Notes: generated by a model not told the origin, from the sequence alone. A DNA stretch of 64,000 nt from an uncultured cyanobacterium (GCA_963740315.1 CAVUDP010000002.1:128001-192000); one strand, 5' to 3'; positions 49,116-60,071 are shown, counted from the first letter of the stretch. Translations and numbers: made by a program.

Positions 49116-49946
49116 ATGCGCCGAGATTCCATATTTTATAAACTGTTTCAACAATCCCCTAATTTACTGTTTGAATTGTTGACAAACCCACCAGATAATG
49201 CATCCGAATATAAATTTGATTCAGTAGCTGTCAAAGAACCGAAATTTGAAATCGATGGTGTATTTCTTCCACCGGAAAATGAAAGTCCAGGTGCTGTATA
49301 TTTCTGCGAAGTACAATTTCAAAAGGACGAAAGACTTTACGAACGAGTATTTGCAGAATCCTCACTATATTTCTACTATAACCGTGACAGGTTCAACGAC
49401 TGGCAAGTTGTAATAATTTACCCATCTCGTAATATAGAACAAAGCGATATTTATCCCCATCGAGGACAACTCAGTAGTCCACAAGTCAGAAGGGTGTATT
49501 TAGATGAGTTGGGAAATATTCGCGACTTACCCTTATGGGTAGCGTTAATGGTTCTGACTACGATAAATGAACAACAAGCACCTGAAGAAGCTAGGTATTT
49601 AATCTCTCGTTCTTCCCTCGAACAGCCAGAAAATACTTCTCGCGGCATAATAGATTTAATTACGACAATAATAACGTACAAATTTGAACAACTCAGCCGA
49701 AGCGAGGTCGAACAAATGTTAGGAATTACTCTCAAAGAAACCAGACTTTACCAAGAAATTAAGGAAGAAGAAGCACAATCATTAATTTTTCGTCTACTAA
49801 ATCGACGAGTAGGAGAATTACCACAAGAAATACGTCAACGTGTTGAAAATCTTTCCCTAGAACAATTAGAAAATCTTGGAGAAGCGTTGCTTGATTTTAA
49901 CAGCATGACCGATTTACAAACTTGGTTGGAACAGGTTAGCAATTAA
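49116..49946 (+). CDS. Rpn-family (DUF2887) nuclease with DUF4351 tail
   Basis: MRRDSIFYKLF, FEIDGVF, EVQFQKD and LEQLENLGEALLDF. Confidence 0.9.
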   Translation: MRRDSIFYKLFQQSPNLLFELLTNPPDNASEYKFDSVAVKEPKFEIDGVFLPPENESPGAVYFCEVQFQKDERLYERVFAESSLYFYYNRDRFNDWQVVIIYPSRNIEQSDIYPHRGQLSSPQVRRVYLDELGNIRDLPLWVALMVLTTINEQQAPEEARYLISRSSLEQPENTSRGIIDLITTIITYKFEQLSRSEVEQMLGITLKETRLYQEIKEEEAQSLIFRLLNRRVGELPQEIRQRVENLSLEQLENLGEALLDFNSMTDLQTWLEQVSN

Positions 49947-49958
49947 GTGTTAGGTATT

Positions 49959-49984
49959 GTAGAGACGTAGCACTGCTACGTCTC
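49959..49984 (+). repeat. GTAG-REP family B (GTAGAGACGTAGCACTGCTACGTCTC)
   Basis: Other copies at 9375-9400, 35292-35317 and 44927-44951. Confidence 0.85.
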
Positions 49985-50047
49985 CACCGGAGTGAGGAAT
50001 TATCAGTTAATTTTTCTACCCCCTCTACCCCCTCTACCCCCTCTCCT

Positions 50048-51595
50048 CTATTCCTCCATCTCCTCAACCGCTTCCTTCCGATCCGTCAACGGCTTGACAA
50101 CCTTGGCGATCGCCTCCGATATAAAAGCTTTCACAAACTCATCCCGACGATTTAACTGAAATTGCCTTTGCACAACTTCCGTCATTCCCCCATCACCCCA
50201 ATCTTGATCGTGACGGAAATATTCTATAAAGCTTTTACCAGCAATTCTGGTTAAATAAGCTGCCGTTACTCCTTGAATTGCTCTACCAATTACAAAAGTT
50301 GCAACGTTTAACTGTAGCGCTGTAGAAACTAACTGCAAAGCTCCTTTAACTATTCCCAAACTTGCCAAAGTTTTCGCAAGAGAAAGCGCTAATTCCCTTC
50401 CCCTTTCCATGTTAAGTTCACAACCGTAAACCCGTCCAATTTCTACTACCATTTGAGCGTTTACCGCAGCGGTTGCGAGCAAATCTACCATCGGTAAAGG
50501 TGTTACCGAAACTACTCCTGCTCCAATCCATTGAAAACGATCTACAATTTTGTTCGCTTGCCGACGGCGTTGAGAATCGATCAGTTTTCTGGCTTCTTCT
50601 CCCAATCTTATTGATTGCAAAAGAATATTATCAGCAACTAAATCCTCACCTTCTGCCCGTAAAATTGCTGCCATGCGTCGTAACAAAGGTACAATTTCCG
50701 GCTCCGAACGAAAGATATCGCCGTTTTCCAACTCCACCTCTTGCGGATTAGCGGCGATCGCCACGACATCGCTTGTGGGAATAAAGCCCCGCACTCGCTC
50801 GCGTAATTTAGCTAAAATTGCTTGGGTGTCTTCTTCTGCATACAAATCTGTTTTGTTTAAAACCACCAGCGAACGTTTACCAATTTCTGCTAATGCTTTT
50901 AAAGGTTCGTATTCGGATCGTCGTAAGTCGTTATCTACAACAAATAATAATAAATCGGCACTCGTCGCCAATTCCCTGGCTAACTGTTCCCTTTCCGTAC
51001 CAGCAACCCCCGCTTCCAAAATCCCCGGCGTATCGGTAATTAATATTCTGCGCTCCATCCCCTTGAGACGCAAACAATAAGTTTCCCCTACGGTGGTAGT
51101 TCCCATCGGTGCATCAACATTACCCACCATCCGCCCCATCACGGCATTCACCAAAGAAGTTTTACCCGCGCTTCCGGTACCAAACACCACCACTTGAATT
51201 TCCCCGCGTGATAAATTTGCTTCAATTTCGCGGGATTTACTGAGTAAAGCTTGACGAGAAACTTCATCTTGAATTTGCGAAACCTGCTGACGCACGGCTG
51301 ATAAAGTCGTAGAAGCGGTTTCTGTTTTCTTCTCAGGAAGCTTAATATTAGGGCGTTTACGATTTTTACTACTCTGTTCCCCAGATTGAATTTTTAAAAC
51401 ATAGTAAACAAAAGCTGCAATCAAAGCCGCAACCAAAATCACCAGCAGAAACAGCAGCAAATTACCCAAGAATGGGGAATAGGACAATGTCCAGTAAAGC
51501 CGAGATAGCGAATCTATCAGCCACAGACTCAGCCCGAGGATGACAATTAAACCGACAATTAACGTGACTAAGCGGGATACAGGTATTTTGGGCAT
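50048..51595 (-). CDS. YcjF/DUF697-fused Era-like GTPase
   Basis: GTGSAGKTS, DTPG and NKTD; C-terminal PLPMVDLL. Confidence 0.88.
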   Translation of the reverse strand: MPKIPVSRLVTLIVGLIVILGLSLWLIDSLSRLYWTLSYSPFLGNLLLFLLVILVAALIAAFVYYVLKIQSGEQSSKNRKRPNIKLPEKKTETASTTLSAVRQQVSQIQDEVSRQALLSKSREIEANLSRGEIQVVVFGTGSAGKTSLVNAVMGRMVGNVDAPMGTTTVGETYCLRLKGMERRILITDTPGILEAGVAGTEREQLARELATSADLLLFVVDNDLRRSEYEPLKALAEIGKRSLVVLNKTDLYAEEDTQAILAKLRERVRGFIPTSDVVAIAANPQEVELENGDIFRSEPEIVPLLRRMAAILRAEGEDLVADNILLQSIRLGEEARKLIDSQRRRQANKIVDRFQWIGAGVVSVTPLPMVDLLATAAVNAQMVVEIGRVYGCELNMERGRELALSLAKTLASLGIVKGALQLVSTALQLNVATFVIGRAIQGVTAAYLTRIAGKSFIEYFRHDQDWGDGGMTEVVQRQFQLNRRDEFVKAFISEAIAKVVKPLTDRKEAVEEMEE

Positions 51596-51630
51596 TGGGG
51601 ATTGGGCATGGGGAATTGGGCATGGGGCAT
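51590..51630. repeat. STRR1-like heptamer repeat
   Basis: GGGCATTGGGGATTGGGCATGGGGAATTGGGCATGGGGCAT. Confidence 0.7.
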
Positions 51631-51929
51631 AGTTAAAAGTTAGGAGTTAAGAATTGTAAGATCAATATTGATAACTGTTCACTGTTCATTGTTCACTGTT
51701 AACTGTTCCCCATCCCCTTATTAATAGAAGATTTTCAATCTAAAATCCATAATCCTACAGTTGCAAACTCTTTAAATCAAACTCTAATATCCTACAATTC
51801 CTAATTCCTCACTTTCAACTCCTAATTCTTAACCATGCCCAATCCCCAATCCCCGATGCCCTATTTATATTATTTTTATCTAATATAAACAAGAAGCCAC
51901 TTTTTGATAAATCGGGAAATATTTCTATT

Positions 51930-52454
51930 ATGGGATTATTTGATGAAGTTCTCAATGCCGTCAACAGCCCCGATCGCCAGGGCAGTATGAATGAAATCGG
52001 TGGTATTCTCAATACCGTACAGCAGTTGAGCGGTAATGCAGGTACTGACTCGAACACGATGCAATCTGCTATGGGAGTTGTGGGTAATTTTGTCCGCTCT
52101 TCTTTACAGCAAAAGCGAGTTAATGAAGGCGAACAGCAGGCTCAATCTATAGTAGACCAATTTAGCGGTACTTCTCCCAATTCTCAAGCTGTAAATTCTC
52201 TTTTCTCTGGTGGTATGCAGCAGCAAGTTGCCCAAGCTATTGCCCAGCGTACTGGTTTGGATGCAAATATGGCTATGCAAATGTTACCGATGTTGGTTCC
52301 TTTAGTATTGAAGTTTTTGCAATCTGGTGCTAGTTCTCAAAATCCCCAATCTGGTGGAAATTCGGTTCTTAATAGCTTCCTCGATGCTGACGGTGATGGT
52401 GATGTAGACATTTCCGACGCTATAGGATTAGCTAGCCGTTTCATGAGACGATAA
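51930..52454 (+). CDS. DUF937-like protein with C-terminal EF-hand-like loop
   Basis: MGLFDEVL...LPMLVPLVL...LDADGDGDVDISD. Confidence 0.75.
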   Translation: MGLFDEVLNAVNSPDRQGSMNEIGGILNTVQQLSGNAGTDSNTMQSAMGVVGNFVRSSLQQKRVNEGEQQAQSIVDQFSGTSPNSQAVNSLFSGGMQQQVAQAIAQRTGLDANMAMQMLPMLVPLVLKFLQSGASSQNPQSGGNSVLNSFLDADGDGDVDISDAIGLASRFMRR

Positions 52455-52532
52455 TTTCAGTTACCAGTTACCAGTTACCAACTAATTTTGATAACTGGTA
52501 AATTCATCCTCTGGTATGCTTTTTAGTAGCCG

Positions 52533-54761
52533 TTACGCTCTAAAGTTATCAAACTTAATCTGAATATCGTTGAAATCGCGATCGCCACCGTTGGCTAAAT
52601 CTTCAAAAGCAAAGGTGTTGTTATCAAGCAGCTTAATGTGGTCGAAGTTACCGTTATCTGTGTTCGCGCCTAAGTATGGAAAATAAACTTCTGCTGCACC
52701 GCTGAGGGCTTGAGCTAATGTACCATCAGCGATAATCACCGGAACAATAATAGAACCTGCATCAAATTTAACTGTTCCGCTTTCTTCGTTATCGTCGGTG
52801 GTGGAAAACATGGGAGAAGCCAGATTATTTAAAGCCGCTTGCAGATAACCATCAGCGTCGGGAGCTAAACCATTCACAGTACCAGTAATATCATCGACTG
52901 CGTAGAAGTAAACCGTGTTATTAAAATCAGCTTCTCTACTAATGGTGAAATCTACCGTTACTTCACCCGTGAAATCGCGTAAGTCAATTGATTCGATGGT
53001 TGTTCCGTTAACTTCTTCAGTGGCGATTTGATTTTCTAATTTTGTTAAAACTGTCAAACTCGCAAGTATCGGATCGCGATCGCTGGCTCTTTGCGGAGTA
53101 TCGGCAAATTCTGAGTTAACGTGTACGATATCGAACTCGGCATCATCCTCTAAGTTATCGCTAACCAAAATATGGTCTAAGGATTGCGAGTTACCCTCAA
53201 AGATCGCACTGTAACGTTCACCCTCTGATACAGTTTCTGTTAAATTTGTCAAGTTCTCTGCCAAAGTTTGGACGGGAGAGACAAATTCAAACTCGTTTAA
53301 ATCACCCAAAACCACAACATTAGCGTTATCGTCTGCTGCTAAAATTCCATCAACGTAACCTTTGACTGCTTGCGCTTGTGCTTGACGTTTATCCAAACCA
53401 CCATTAACAGTGGAGTCTTCCTGTCGTGTTTCAAAGGGTTGCTCTACACCAAAAATCGGAGCGCTACCATCTTTGTCAGAAAAGTGATTGTTGACAACGG
53501 TAACTTCTTCACCATTAAAGGTAAATTTAGCAGCTAACGGTAAACGACTGTCGAAGAAAGCATTGCTCGGATCGGTTCGCTGTGCGGATGGATCGGTAAT
53601 TGCACTCAAAGAACCATCAACAAAACTTACACGATTGGGATTATAAAGAAACGCAGTGCGAATATTACCATTAAATTCACCACCGTTGGTATCATCGCCA
53701 ATAAATGTATTATCAATGAAACTGTATGTGGGACCTCCTGCTGCGGCAATTTCATCAACCAACCTTTGCAAGGTTTCATTTGCAGCAACTTCTGAAAAGT
53801 CAGTACCATCATTATCTTGAATTTCCTGCAAGCCAATGATGTCGGGAGTTTTTAAGTTAGTAACGATTTGGTTGGCGATCGCACTAAATCTTCCATCTGC
53901 TACATCTGTATCATCATCATTATCATTAGGATCTAAGTTCAGTACGTTGTAGCTAGCAACCGTCAGCTTCTTTGCACCACCCATTAAGCTTGTGGTTTCT
54001 GGTTGGATGGTTGAAGCAGTGACGGTAAACTGCTGTGTGGGATTAATTTCAAAGTTGCCAAAACTATAACCAACAACCCCCGTCACATCTCCTAGCTTTG
54101 CTCCGACATTTACATCAGGAATATCAAGAAGAGGGAAAATGTCAAAATTTGGATTAATTTGGACTCTTTCGGGGTTGAAGTCATCGGGGCTGATATTCAA
54201 AGTACCGCGATCGCTTAAACCTGTAGCGTTATCACCATTATCTACAACAGTAAAGATTTCTCCAAACTGATTAATCGGAGCAACAGCTACTGTATCTTTC
54301 GCAGTTACCAGCATTCCTTCCAAAGACTCGAAGAAGTCTATACCATCGGTGTCAGAGTCAAAACTTCCGAAAGCATCATCATCGATATTTTTGTTAGGAG
54401 GTACTCTACCACCACTACCGATTATTGTTGCTGCGGGAAGAGGATTACCGCTAGATATTACGGTTATATCCTCGCTATTAATTTGAGTTGTGGAAAGATT
54501 ACCGCTACTCTCACCATCAGGAAAGAATTCGCTAACCGTACCTGTAAGTTCTAAACTATCGCCAACTGCAACTGTTAGAGTCAGGGGACTAGAGACAAAA
54601 ATAGCCTCGGAAGTCGCATTGTTTCCATCTCCTGTAGCGTCTTGAAGATAGAAACCATCGAAATCTACAGCGGTGACAATACCTGTAGTAGTTACAGATT
54701 GACCATTAAGTGGTGAAATGTGACCGGCACCTTGAATATCCCTAATTAATACATTCGCCAT
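52533..54761 (-). CDS. Extracellular endonuclease/exonuclease/phosphatase with DUF4114-type tail
   Basis: IRDIQG, GFYLQD, SYNVLNL, GLQEIQD, GDLN, LDHIL and FEDLANGGDRDFND. Confidence 0.85.
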   Translation of the reverse strand: MANVLIRDIQGAGHISPLNGQSVTTTGIVTAVDFDGFYLQDATGDGNNATSEAIFVSSPLTLTVAVGDSLELTGTVSEFFPDGESSGNLSTTQINSEDITVISSGNPLPAATIIGSGGRVPPNKNIDDDAFGSFDSDTDGIDFFESLEGMLVTAKDTVAVAPINQFGEIFTVVDNGDNATGLSDRGTLNISPDDFNPERVQINPNFDIFPLLDIPDVNVGAKLGDVTGVVGYSFGNFEINPTQQFTVTASTIQPETTSLMGGAKKLTVASYNVLNLDPNDNDDDTDVADGRFSAIANQIVTNLKTPDIIGLQEIQDNDGTDFSEVAANETLQRLVDEIAAAGGPTYSFIDNTFIGDDTNGGEFNGNIRTAFLYNPNRVSFVDGSLSAITDPSAQRTDPSNAFFDSRLPLAAKFTFNGEEVTVVNNHFSDKDGSAPIFGVEQPFETRQEDSTVNGGLDKRQAQAQAVKGYVDGILAADDNANVVVLGDLNEFEFVSPVQTLAENLTNLTETVSEGERYSAIFEGNSQSLDHILVSDNLEDDAEFDIVHVNSEFADTPQRASDRDPILASLTVLTKLENQIATEEVNGTTIESIDLRDFTGEVTVDFTISREADFNNTVYFYAVDDITGTVNGLAPDADGYLQAALNNLASPMFSTTDDNEESGTVKFDAGSIIVPVIIADGTLAQALSGAAEVYFPYLGANTDNGNFDHIKLLDNNTFAFEDLANGGDRDFNDIQIKFDNFRA

Positions 54762-55560
54762 TGATAGAATTCTCCTAGTTAATAGTTATATAAAACGATG
54801 AGTGAGCGTAAGCTCTTACCCGTAGCGTCTCCGTGTGTCTGACGACAATTTAAATATTATTTTGTATTTATTATTTTATTGACCTCAGTAATTTTATTAG
54901 TATACTTATAAACATAAGCTAAGTCTATCGTAACTATTCAAGATCGCCATAGGATAGTAAATAGTTTCTTTTAACAAAAAATGAATTCACAATTAACTTT
55001 TGGTGAAAACGTGCTTTTTTTATAGTGATTTTGCATTTATTCAAAAGCTATATCGCATTAATTGTTTAATTAATAAAAAACATTAAACAAACGAGGTAAT
55101 TATGAAAAACTATATAACTTTTTAGCTATTTTTTTTTTACATATTTATATATTTATTCGCGAATAAGTATTGTGTGGTCTAATATCTTAATTTTGTTTAT
55201 ATCTTATCTGCCTTATCTTAAAATAATAGTAAAGTTTTTGTTAAACAGGCTTTAAGAGTAATTTTAACTCCGCTAAAGTGCGCGTTTGCATAGTGTAGAC
55301 GTAAGACAAAATACAAATCTAAGGAATTTGTATCGCTAATATAAAATTATGCTATAACCTAGAATTTACTTATTAACATAGCTGACAAAACTTTGTCAAC
55401 ACCTAATAGTTGTTTACCTAGTTTAATTAATTGTATGTGACTATATTTGTCCGCCAATCATGGGAATGAAACGTAAAAATAAAAATTATATTTTTTGTTT
55501 TCAGATAATAAAATACTCTGCTAAAGTTAAATCCTGACAATATTTTTTTAAATAAACAAA

Positions 55561-56835
55561 ATGACAGATACAGCAAAAAAATCTGCTAAAAAATCCTCGC
55601 AACGCTTTTTCAAAAAGCTGAATCTGAAAAAAATTATCGGAGCCAGTGTAATAGCCTTGGGTTTAGCCGTTGGCACAGCAACAGTTGTCCCCATGTACGT
55701 TAATGCTTCCGACCATGATGACGGTGAAGTGGATACAAAAGGTCGCAACCGTAATCTCACTGATTTATTTGTGTTCCGGGAACAAGACCAAAACCCCAGT
55801 GCGAATGCAGATGACTTGGTATTTATCATGAATACCAATCCGCGATCGGTTGCTCGTCAGCAGTATTATTTCAGCAACAACGCGCTTTATGAATTTAAAA
55901 TTACCCGCGTTGCCGATAAAGAGGCAACCCCGACGGGTAAAGAAGATGTAACTTTGCAGTTTCAATTTGGAAAACCCGACAGCCAAGGGAAACAAACATT
56001 TAAATTGACTGCGATCGCTGACGGTACAAAAATTGGTGCAGATGAAGGTACGACTACTCCTTTAAGTTCGGAGAATGACCCAACTATCAACGAACTAAAT
56101 GTAGGAAGCTCGAACGTCAAGGTATTTGCAGGATTGCGGGAAGATCCATTTTTCTTCGATGTGGAACAGTTTTTCCGAGTTCGTGCAGGAGCTTTAAATA
56201 TAGGACCAGCAGTTGGTTTTCGTCCAGAGGATGAAGCCGTTGACTTTGCTGCTGGATATAACGTTAATACCATCGTTGTCAGAGTACCCCGCTCTTTATT
56301 GCAAGGATCTACTTCCAACACAACCTTCGACGTGTGGGAAACCATCTCCGTCCGCAACCCCGACTTTCGATCGCAACGCGGTGGTAATAGATTCCAACAG
56401 TTTGAACGTTTGGCACGACCTGCTGTTAACGAAGGCTTAATTGTTACCAACGATTTTCTGAATGCCTTTAATAGTATTCCTCCTAGTGCTGACTTAAGTG
56501 ATGCTGCTGCACCCGTGGGAGCGGAAGCAAAAGCTACCCTCTTAGCTCTGGGCAATGACGAAGCACGGGCTAACGAATTACTAGGTGCATTCCTTCCCGA
56601 CGTGATGCGAATTGATACCACTCAACCAAGCGGTTACGGTTTAGCCCTCAACGATAAAGGCAGCCCGATCACCGGACGTTTAATCAAAGACGATGTAATT
56701 GATGTAACTTTAAGTGTACTTACAAACGGTGCAATAACCTCTGATAACGTTTCCTACGAAGGCACTCCCGGTAATCCTTCTCAGGGACATAAGCCGTTAG
56801 AACCACAATTTCCTTACTTAGCGCTACCGAATTAA
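55561..56835 (+). CDS. DUF4331 secreted protein
   Basis: Signal peptide then ASDH; TDLFVF, FAGLREDPFFFD, ERLARPAVNE, GRxxxDDVID and FPYLALPN. Confidence 0.85.
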   Translation: MTDTAKKSAKKSSQRFFKKLNLKKIIGASVIALGLAVGTATVVPMYVNASDHDDGEVDTKGRNRNLTDLFVFREQDQNPSANADDLVFIMNTNPRSVARQQYYFSNNALYEFKITRVADKEATPTGKEDVTLQFQFGKPDSQGKQTFKLTAIADGTKIGADEGTTTPLSSENDPTINELNVGSSNVKVFAGLREDPFFFDVEQFFRVRAGALNIGPAVGFRPEDEAVDFAAGYNVNTIVVRVPRSLLQGSTSNTTFDVWETISVRNPDFRSQRGGNRFQQFERLARPAVNEGLIVTNDFLNAFNSIPPSADLSDAAAPVGAEAKATLLALGNDEARANELLGAFLPDVMRIDTTQPSGYGLALNDKGSPITGRLIKDDVIDVTLSVLTNGAITSDNVSYEGTPGNPSQGHKPLEPQFPYLALPN

Positions 56836-56892
56836 AGGTACAGAAGAAAACTAGTTCTTTACCACATAAGTTTTGATGGGTGTGTATCCAAT

Positions 56893-57073
56893 CCGCCAGG
56901 GACTGCAAGTCCCTGTCTCATAGCAAAAGTCCTCTAAAGAGGACTAAGGTAATACCCCGCATTATTAATGTGGCAGAGTACTAGTAGTCCTTTTCCAGCC
57001 GTTTTAATGGCTTTTATTTCAGTCCTATTTATAGGACTTAAGCTATTAGACGGGGACTTGCAGTCCCCGGCGG
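56893..57073. repeat. Palindromic dispersed element related to the 18.5 kb and 29.2 kb elements
   Basis: CCGCCAGGGACTGCAAGTCCC...AGTCCTCTAAAGAGGACT...GGGACTTGCAGTCCCCGGCGG. Confidence 0.7.
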
Positions 57074-57127
57074 GCTTAACAAATGCTTTTCTCTGTCTGC
57101 TTCAAAAAAGAACAGGAAATAACGGCA

Positions 57128-58516
57128 ATGACAAAAGCGATTTACAAGCACAAATTCAAGCCTAAATGGCTGTTACTTCTAGCAATTCCCATCGCAATTA
57201 TCCCGATATCATACTTTAATTCCCAATCTGACCGACTTCCAACAGCTTATCGTTACTCTCTTTCTCGCTCTTTACCAGGTACTATTAACAATCGTCGAGC
57301 TACTGTTCTTCAGGAAATCAACTTTTACCAAGAAAAAGTCCGCCAAAATCCGCAAAGTGGCTTAAATTTAGCTTCTTTAGCTCAAGCATATTTCCAAATG
57401 GCAAAGGCAACTGGTGAAAGTAGCTGGTATTTACTTGCAGAACAAGCAGCTGAACGCTCCCTCTCTAATTTACCTTTCAATAACCAAGGTGCTGCGATCG
57501 TTTTGGCTCGTGTTGCTCAAGCTAGACATGATTTTACCCAAGCTATAGGGTTATCCCAAGAAGTATTAAAAACTCAACCCCGCAATCAAGGTGCCCTCGC
57601 TGTCTTAGCCACATCTAAGTTAGCAATAGGTAAATTACGAGAGGCAAAAACCGCTGCCGATACTTTAGTAAACAAAGATCCCAGCCAAGGAAACTTAACT
57701 TTACAAGCTTTGGTACTAACAGCACAAGGTCAAGAACAAGCAGCAATTGATAATTTTAAATCTGCCCTATCTATGGAAGAAGCCGGAGAAACAGGTACTT
57801 CCGCATATACGCGGGTATTACTAGGTCAGTTTTACTACAAACACGGACAAATAGAACTAGCAGAAGGCTTGTATAAAGAAGCCCTGCGAATTATCCCCAG
57901 GTATCCTTTAGCTTTACTGCATCTGGCAGAATTGAAAACCAGACAGGAAGACTACAAAGCCGCAGAAAGTTTTTACGCTCAAGTTTTACGCAACTCCCAG
58001 AAATCATCCACAACTTACGATCATGCTGTTTTTCGGGGTAAAGCCAGACTCAAACAATTGCAGGGCGAAAAAAAACAAGCAGTCAAATTATTAACTGAAG
58101 CTGAAACCTTGCTCAGACAGGAAAATGCGACAGGACATGGTAACGGTTCCTTTGGACATCAGCGAGAGTTAGCGCGGTTGTTATTAGAAAAGAATCGCCC
58201 TCAAGATACCGCTGAAGCTTTATCCTTGATGCAAACAGAAGTCAAAATTCGTCGGGATGCTCAAACTTTAGATACTTTTGCTTGGGCTTTATCTGAAGAA
58301 GGACGCATTAAAGAAGCTCAACAAATTATCCAAGAAGCCTTGCAATTGGGTACAAAAGATGCTGCCATATTTTATCGTGCAGCCACGATTGAAAAAGCAT
58401 TGGGAAACGATCGCCAAGCTTTGATTTACCAAAAATTATCTCAACAAATCGATCCCACTTTTGACGAACAAGCGCGACGGACATCGGGATTGGGATTAGA
58501 AAATTTTGAATTTTAG
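57128..58516 (+). CDS. Membrane-anchored TPR protein
   Basis: N-terminal TM segment and multiple TPR-like helices; directly follows DUF4331. Confidence 0.85.
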   Translation: MTKAIYKHKFKPKWLLLLAIPIAIIPISYFNSQSDRLPTAYRYSLSRSLPGTINNRRATVLQEINFYQEKVRQNPQSGLNLASLAQAYFQMAKATGESSWYLLAEQAAERSLSNLPFNNQGAAIVLARVAQARHDFTQAIGLSQEVLKTQPRNQGALAVLATSKLAIGKLREAKTAADTLVNKDPSQGNLTLQALVLTAQGQEQAAIDNFKSALSMEEAGETGTSAYTRVLLGQFYYKHGQIELAEGLYKEALRIIPRYPLALLHLAELKTRQEDYKAAESFYAQVLRNSQKSSTTYDHAVFRGKARLKQLQGEKKQAVKLLTEAETLLRQENATGHGNGSFGHQRELARLLLEKNRPQDTAEALSLMQTEVKIRRDAQTLDTFAWALSEEGRIKEAQQIIQEALQLGTKDAAIFYRAATIEKALGNDRQALIYQKLSQQIDPTFDEQARRTSGLGLENFEF

Positions 58517-58532
58517 CCGAACCCTTAAAAAT

Positions 58533-59873
58533 ATGAAAAACCACTGGCGTAAAATTAGTATCATTTCCTTTTTTCTATCGCTGCTGCTATCAATTAGCTT
58601 TAGCACCCCTAGTCTTGCACATTGGGCAGATTTGTCAGTTGCAGAAGTTATGGTAGGCGAAAAAGACACGGCAATTACACTGACTTTTCCTACTGGATTA
58701 GTAGCTTTTAGCGATGATAATCGGGATGGGCAACTTTCCCGTGCAGAAACTACAACCCATAAAACACAACTCGAACAATTTTTAGGCGATCGCATTGTTT
58801 TATCCAACGAGCAAGGTAAAAAAGCTGCTATGGCGATCGCACCTGTGGGAACAAACAATTTGCAACCAATGAAAGTTAATGCTAGTACCCACAGTACTTT
58901 GCAGCTAAATTACTCTTGGCTACAACCTGTAAAAAACCAGAAAATGCATTACGATTTGTTTCTGGCTGAAGCACCTGCGGCTCATTGTCTGGCAACAATT
59001 TTTCATAAAGGAAAAGTCCAAAACTTTATTTTTAACCGTCAAAACCGGGATTTTTGGTTAATTTCTGGCGCAGTCGGGCTTGGGGGTAGTCTAATCGTTG
59101 CGCTCATAGGTGCTTTTTTCTGGGGTGCAATGCACGCGATGTCACCCGGACATGGTAAAACCATAGTTGGTGCTTATCTGATGGGTTCAAAAGTCACTGC
59201 TCAACACGCTTTGTTTTTGGGACTAACAACCACTCTCACCCATACTATCGGCGTATTTATCTTGGGATTGGCGACTCTATTTGCTTCGCAATTTATCCTA
59301 CCAGAACGGGTATTACCTTGGTTAAGCATTTTATCTGGTTTCATGGTATTGGTAATCGGTTTAAATCTATTTATTAGCCGTTTGCGGAATCAAAAACACC
59401 ACCACCATCACGAACACGATCGCGAACACCATCACGAACATCATCACGATCGCGAACACCATCACGAACATCATCACGATCGCGATCATCACCATCACCA
59501 CCACGACGATAATCACCACCATCACTTACCCTCAGACACCCCCGTAACTTGGCGAAACTTACTCGCGTTAGGTATTTCAGGTGGACTTGTACCTTGTCCT
59601 TCAGCTTTAGTATTATTATTAAGTGCGATCGCGATCGGACGTGTGGGTTTTGGACTAAGCTTGGTTGTAGCATTTAGTTTGGGACTCGCATTCGTACTAA
59701 CAGCATTGGGATTATTGCTAATCTACGCCAAACAGCGGTTTGAGAAACTACAGTTACCAAAACCACAGCGACTACTTAGAATTTTGCCCGCTCTGAGTGC
59801 ATTTATAATCTCGCTGATTGGTTTGGGAATCACCACCCAAGCATTAATAGAAGTCGGTTTAGTACGGTTATAA
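58533..59873 (+). CDS. RcnA/HoxN-like Ni/Co transporter with exported N-terminal domain and His-rich loop
   Basis: HAMSPGHGKT, THTIGV and GGLVPCPSA; His-rich repeat at ~59397-59525. Confidence 0.85.
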   Translation: MKNHWRKISIISFFLSLLLSISFSTPSLAHWADLSVAEVMVGEKDTAITLTFPTGLVAFSDDNRDGQLSRAETTTHKTQLEQFLGDRIVLSNEQGKKAAMAIAPVGTNNLQPMKVNASTHSTLQLNYSWLQPVKNQKMHYDLFLAEAPAAHCLATIFHKGKVQNFIFNRQNRDFWLISGAVGLGGSLIVALIGAFFWGAMHAMSPGHGKTIVGAYLMGSKVTAQHALFLGLTTTLTHTIGVFILGLATLFASQFILPERVLPWLSILSGFMVLVIGLNLFISRLRNQKHHHHHEHDREHHHEHHHDREHHHEHHHDRDHHHHHHDDNHHHHLPSDTPVTWRNLLALGISGGLVPCPSALVLLLSAIAIGRVGFGLSLVVAFSLGLAFVLTALGLLLIYAKQRFEKLQLPKPQRLLRILPALSAFIISLIGLGITTQALIEVGLVRL

Positions 59874-59899
59874 ATTGATTAAATAATTTTAAGACAATA

Positions 59900-59947
59900 A
59901 ATGAACAATCTGCCATTTTATATTTTATAGATGACAAATTGTTCATT
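59900..59947. terminator. Hairpin between convergent genes
   Basis: AATGAACAAT...ATTGTTCATT imperfect stem. Confidence 0.45.
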
Positions 59948-60071
59948 GGATGTTATTTAACAACGCATTTAATTTGCATTTTACTGCGGCTCATGCCCGA
60001 AGTCGCTACAACAAGGGAAATACCCGCAACGCGCTTATCTTTGCACTACAAAAGTTTTAGCTTAAAACAAA

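Noticed and set aside
49116..49946. Active IS transposase
   Set aside because: Rpn/DUF2887 family with no terminal repeats or target duplication seen.
55962..56621. 219-aa minus-strand ORF
   Set aside because: Antisense shadow of the DUF4331 gene with no motifs of its own.
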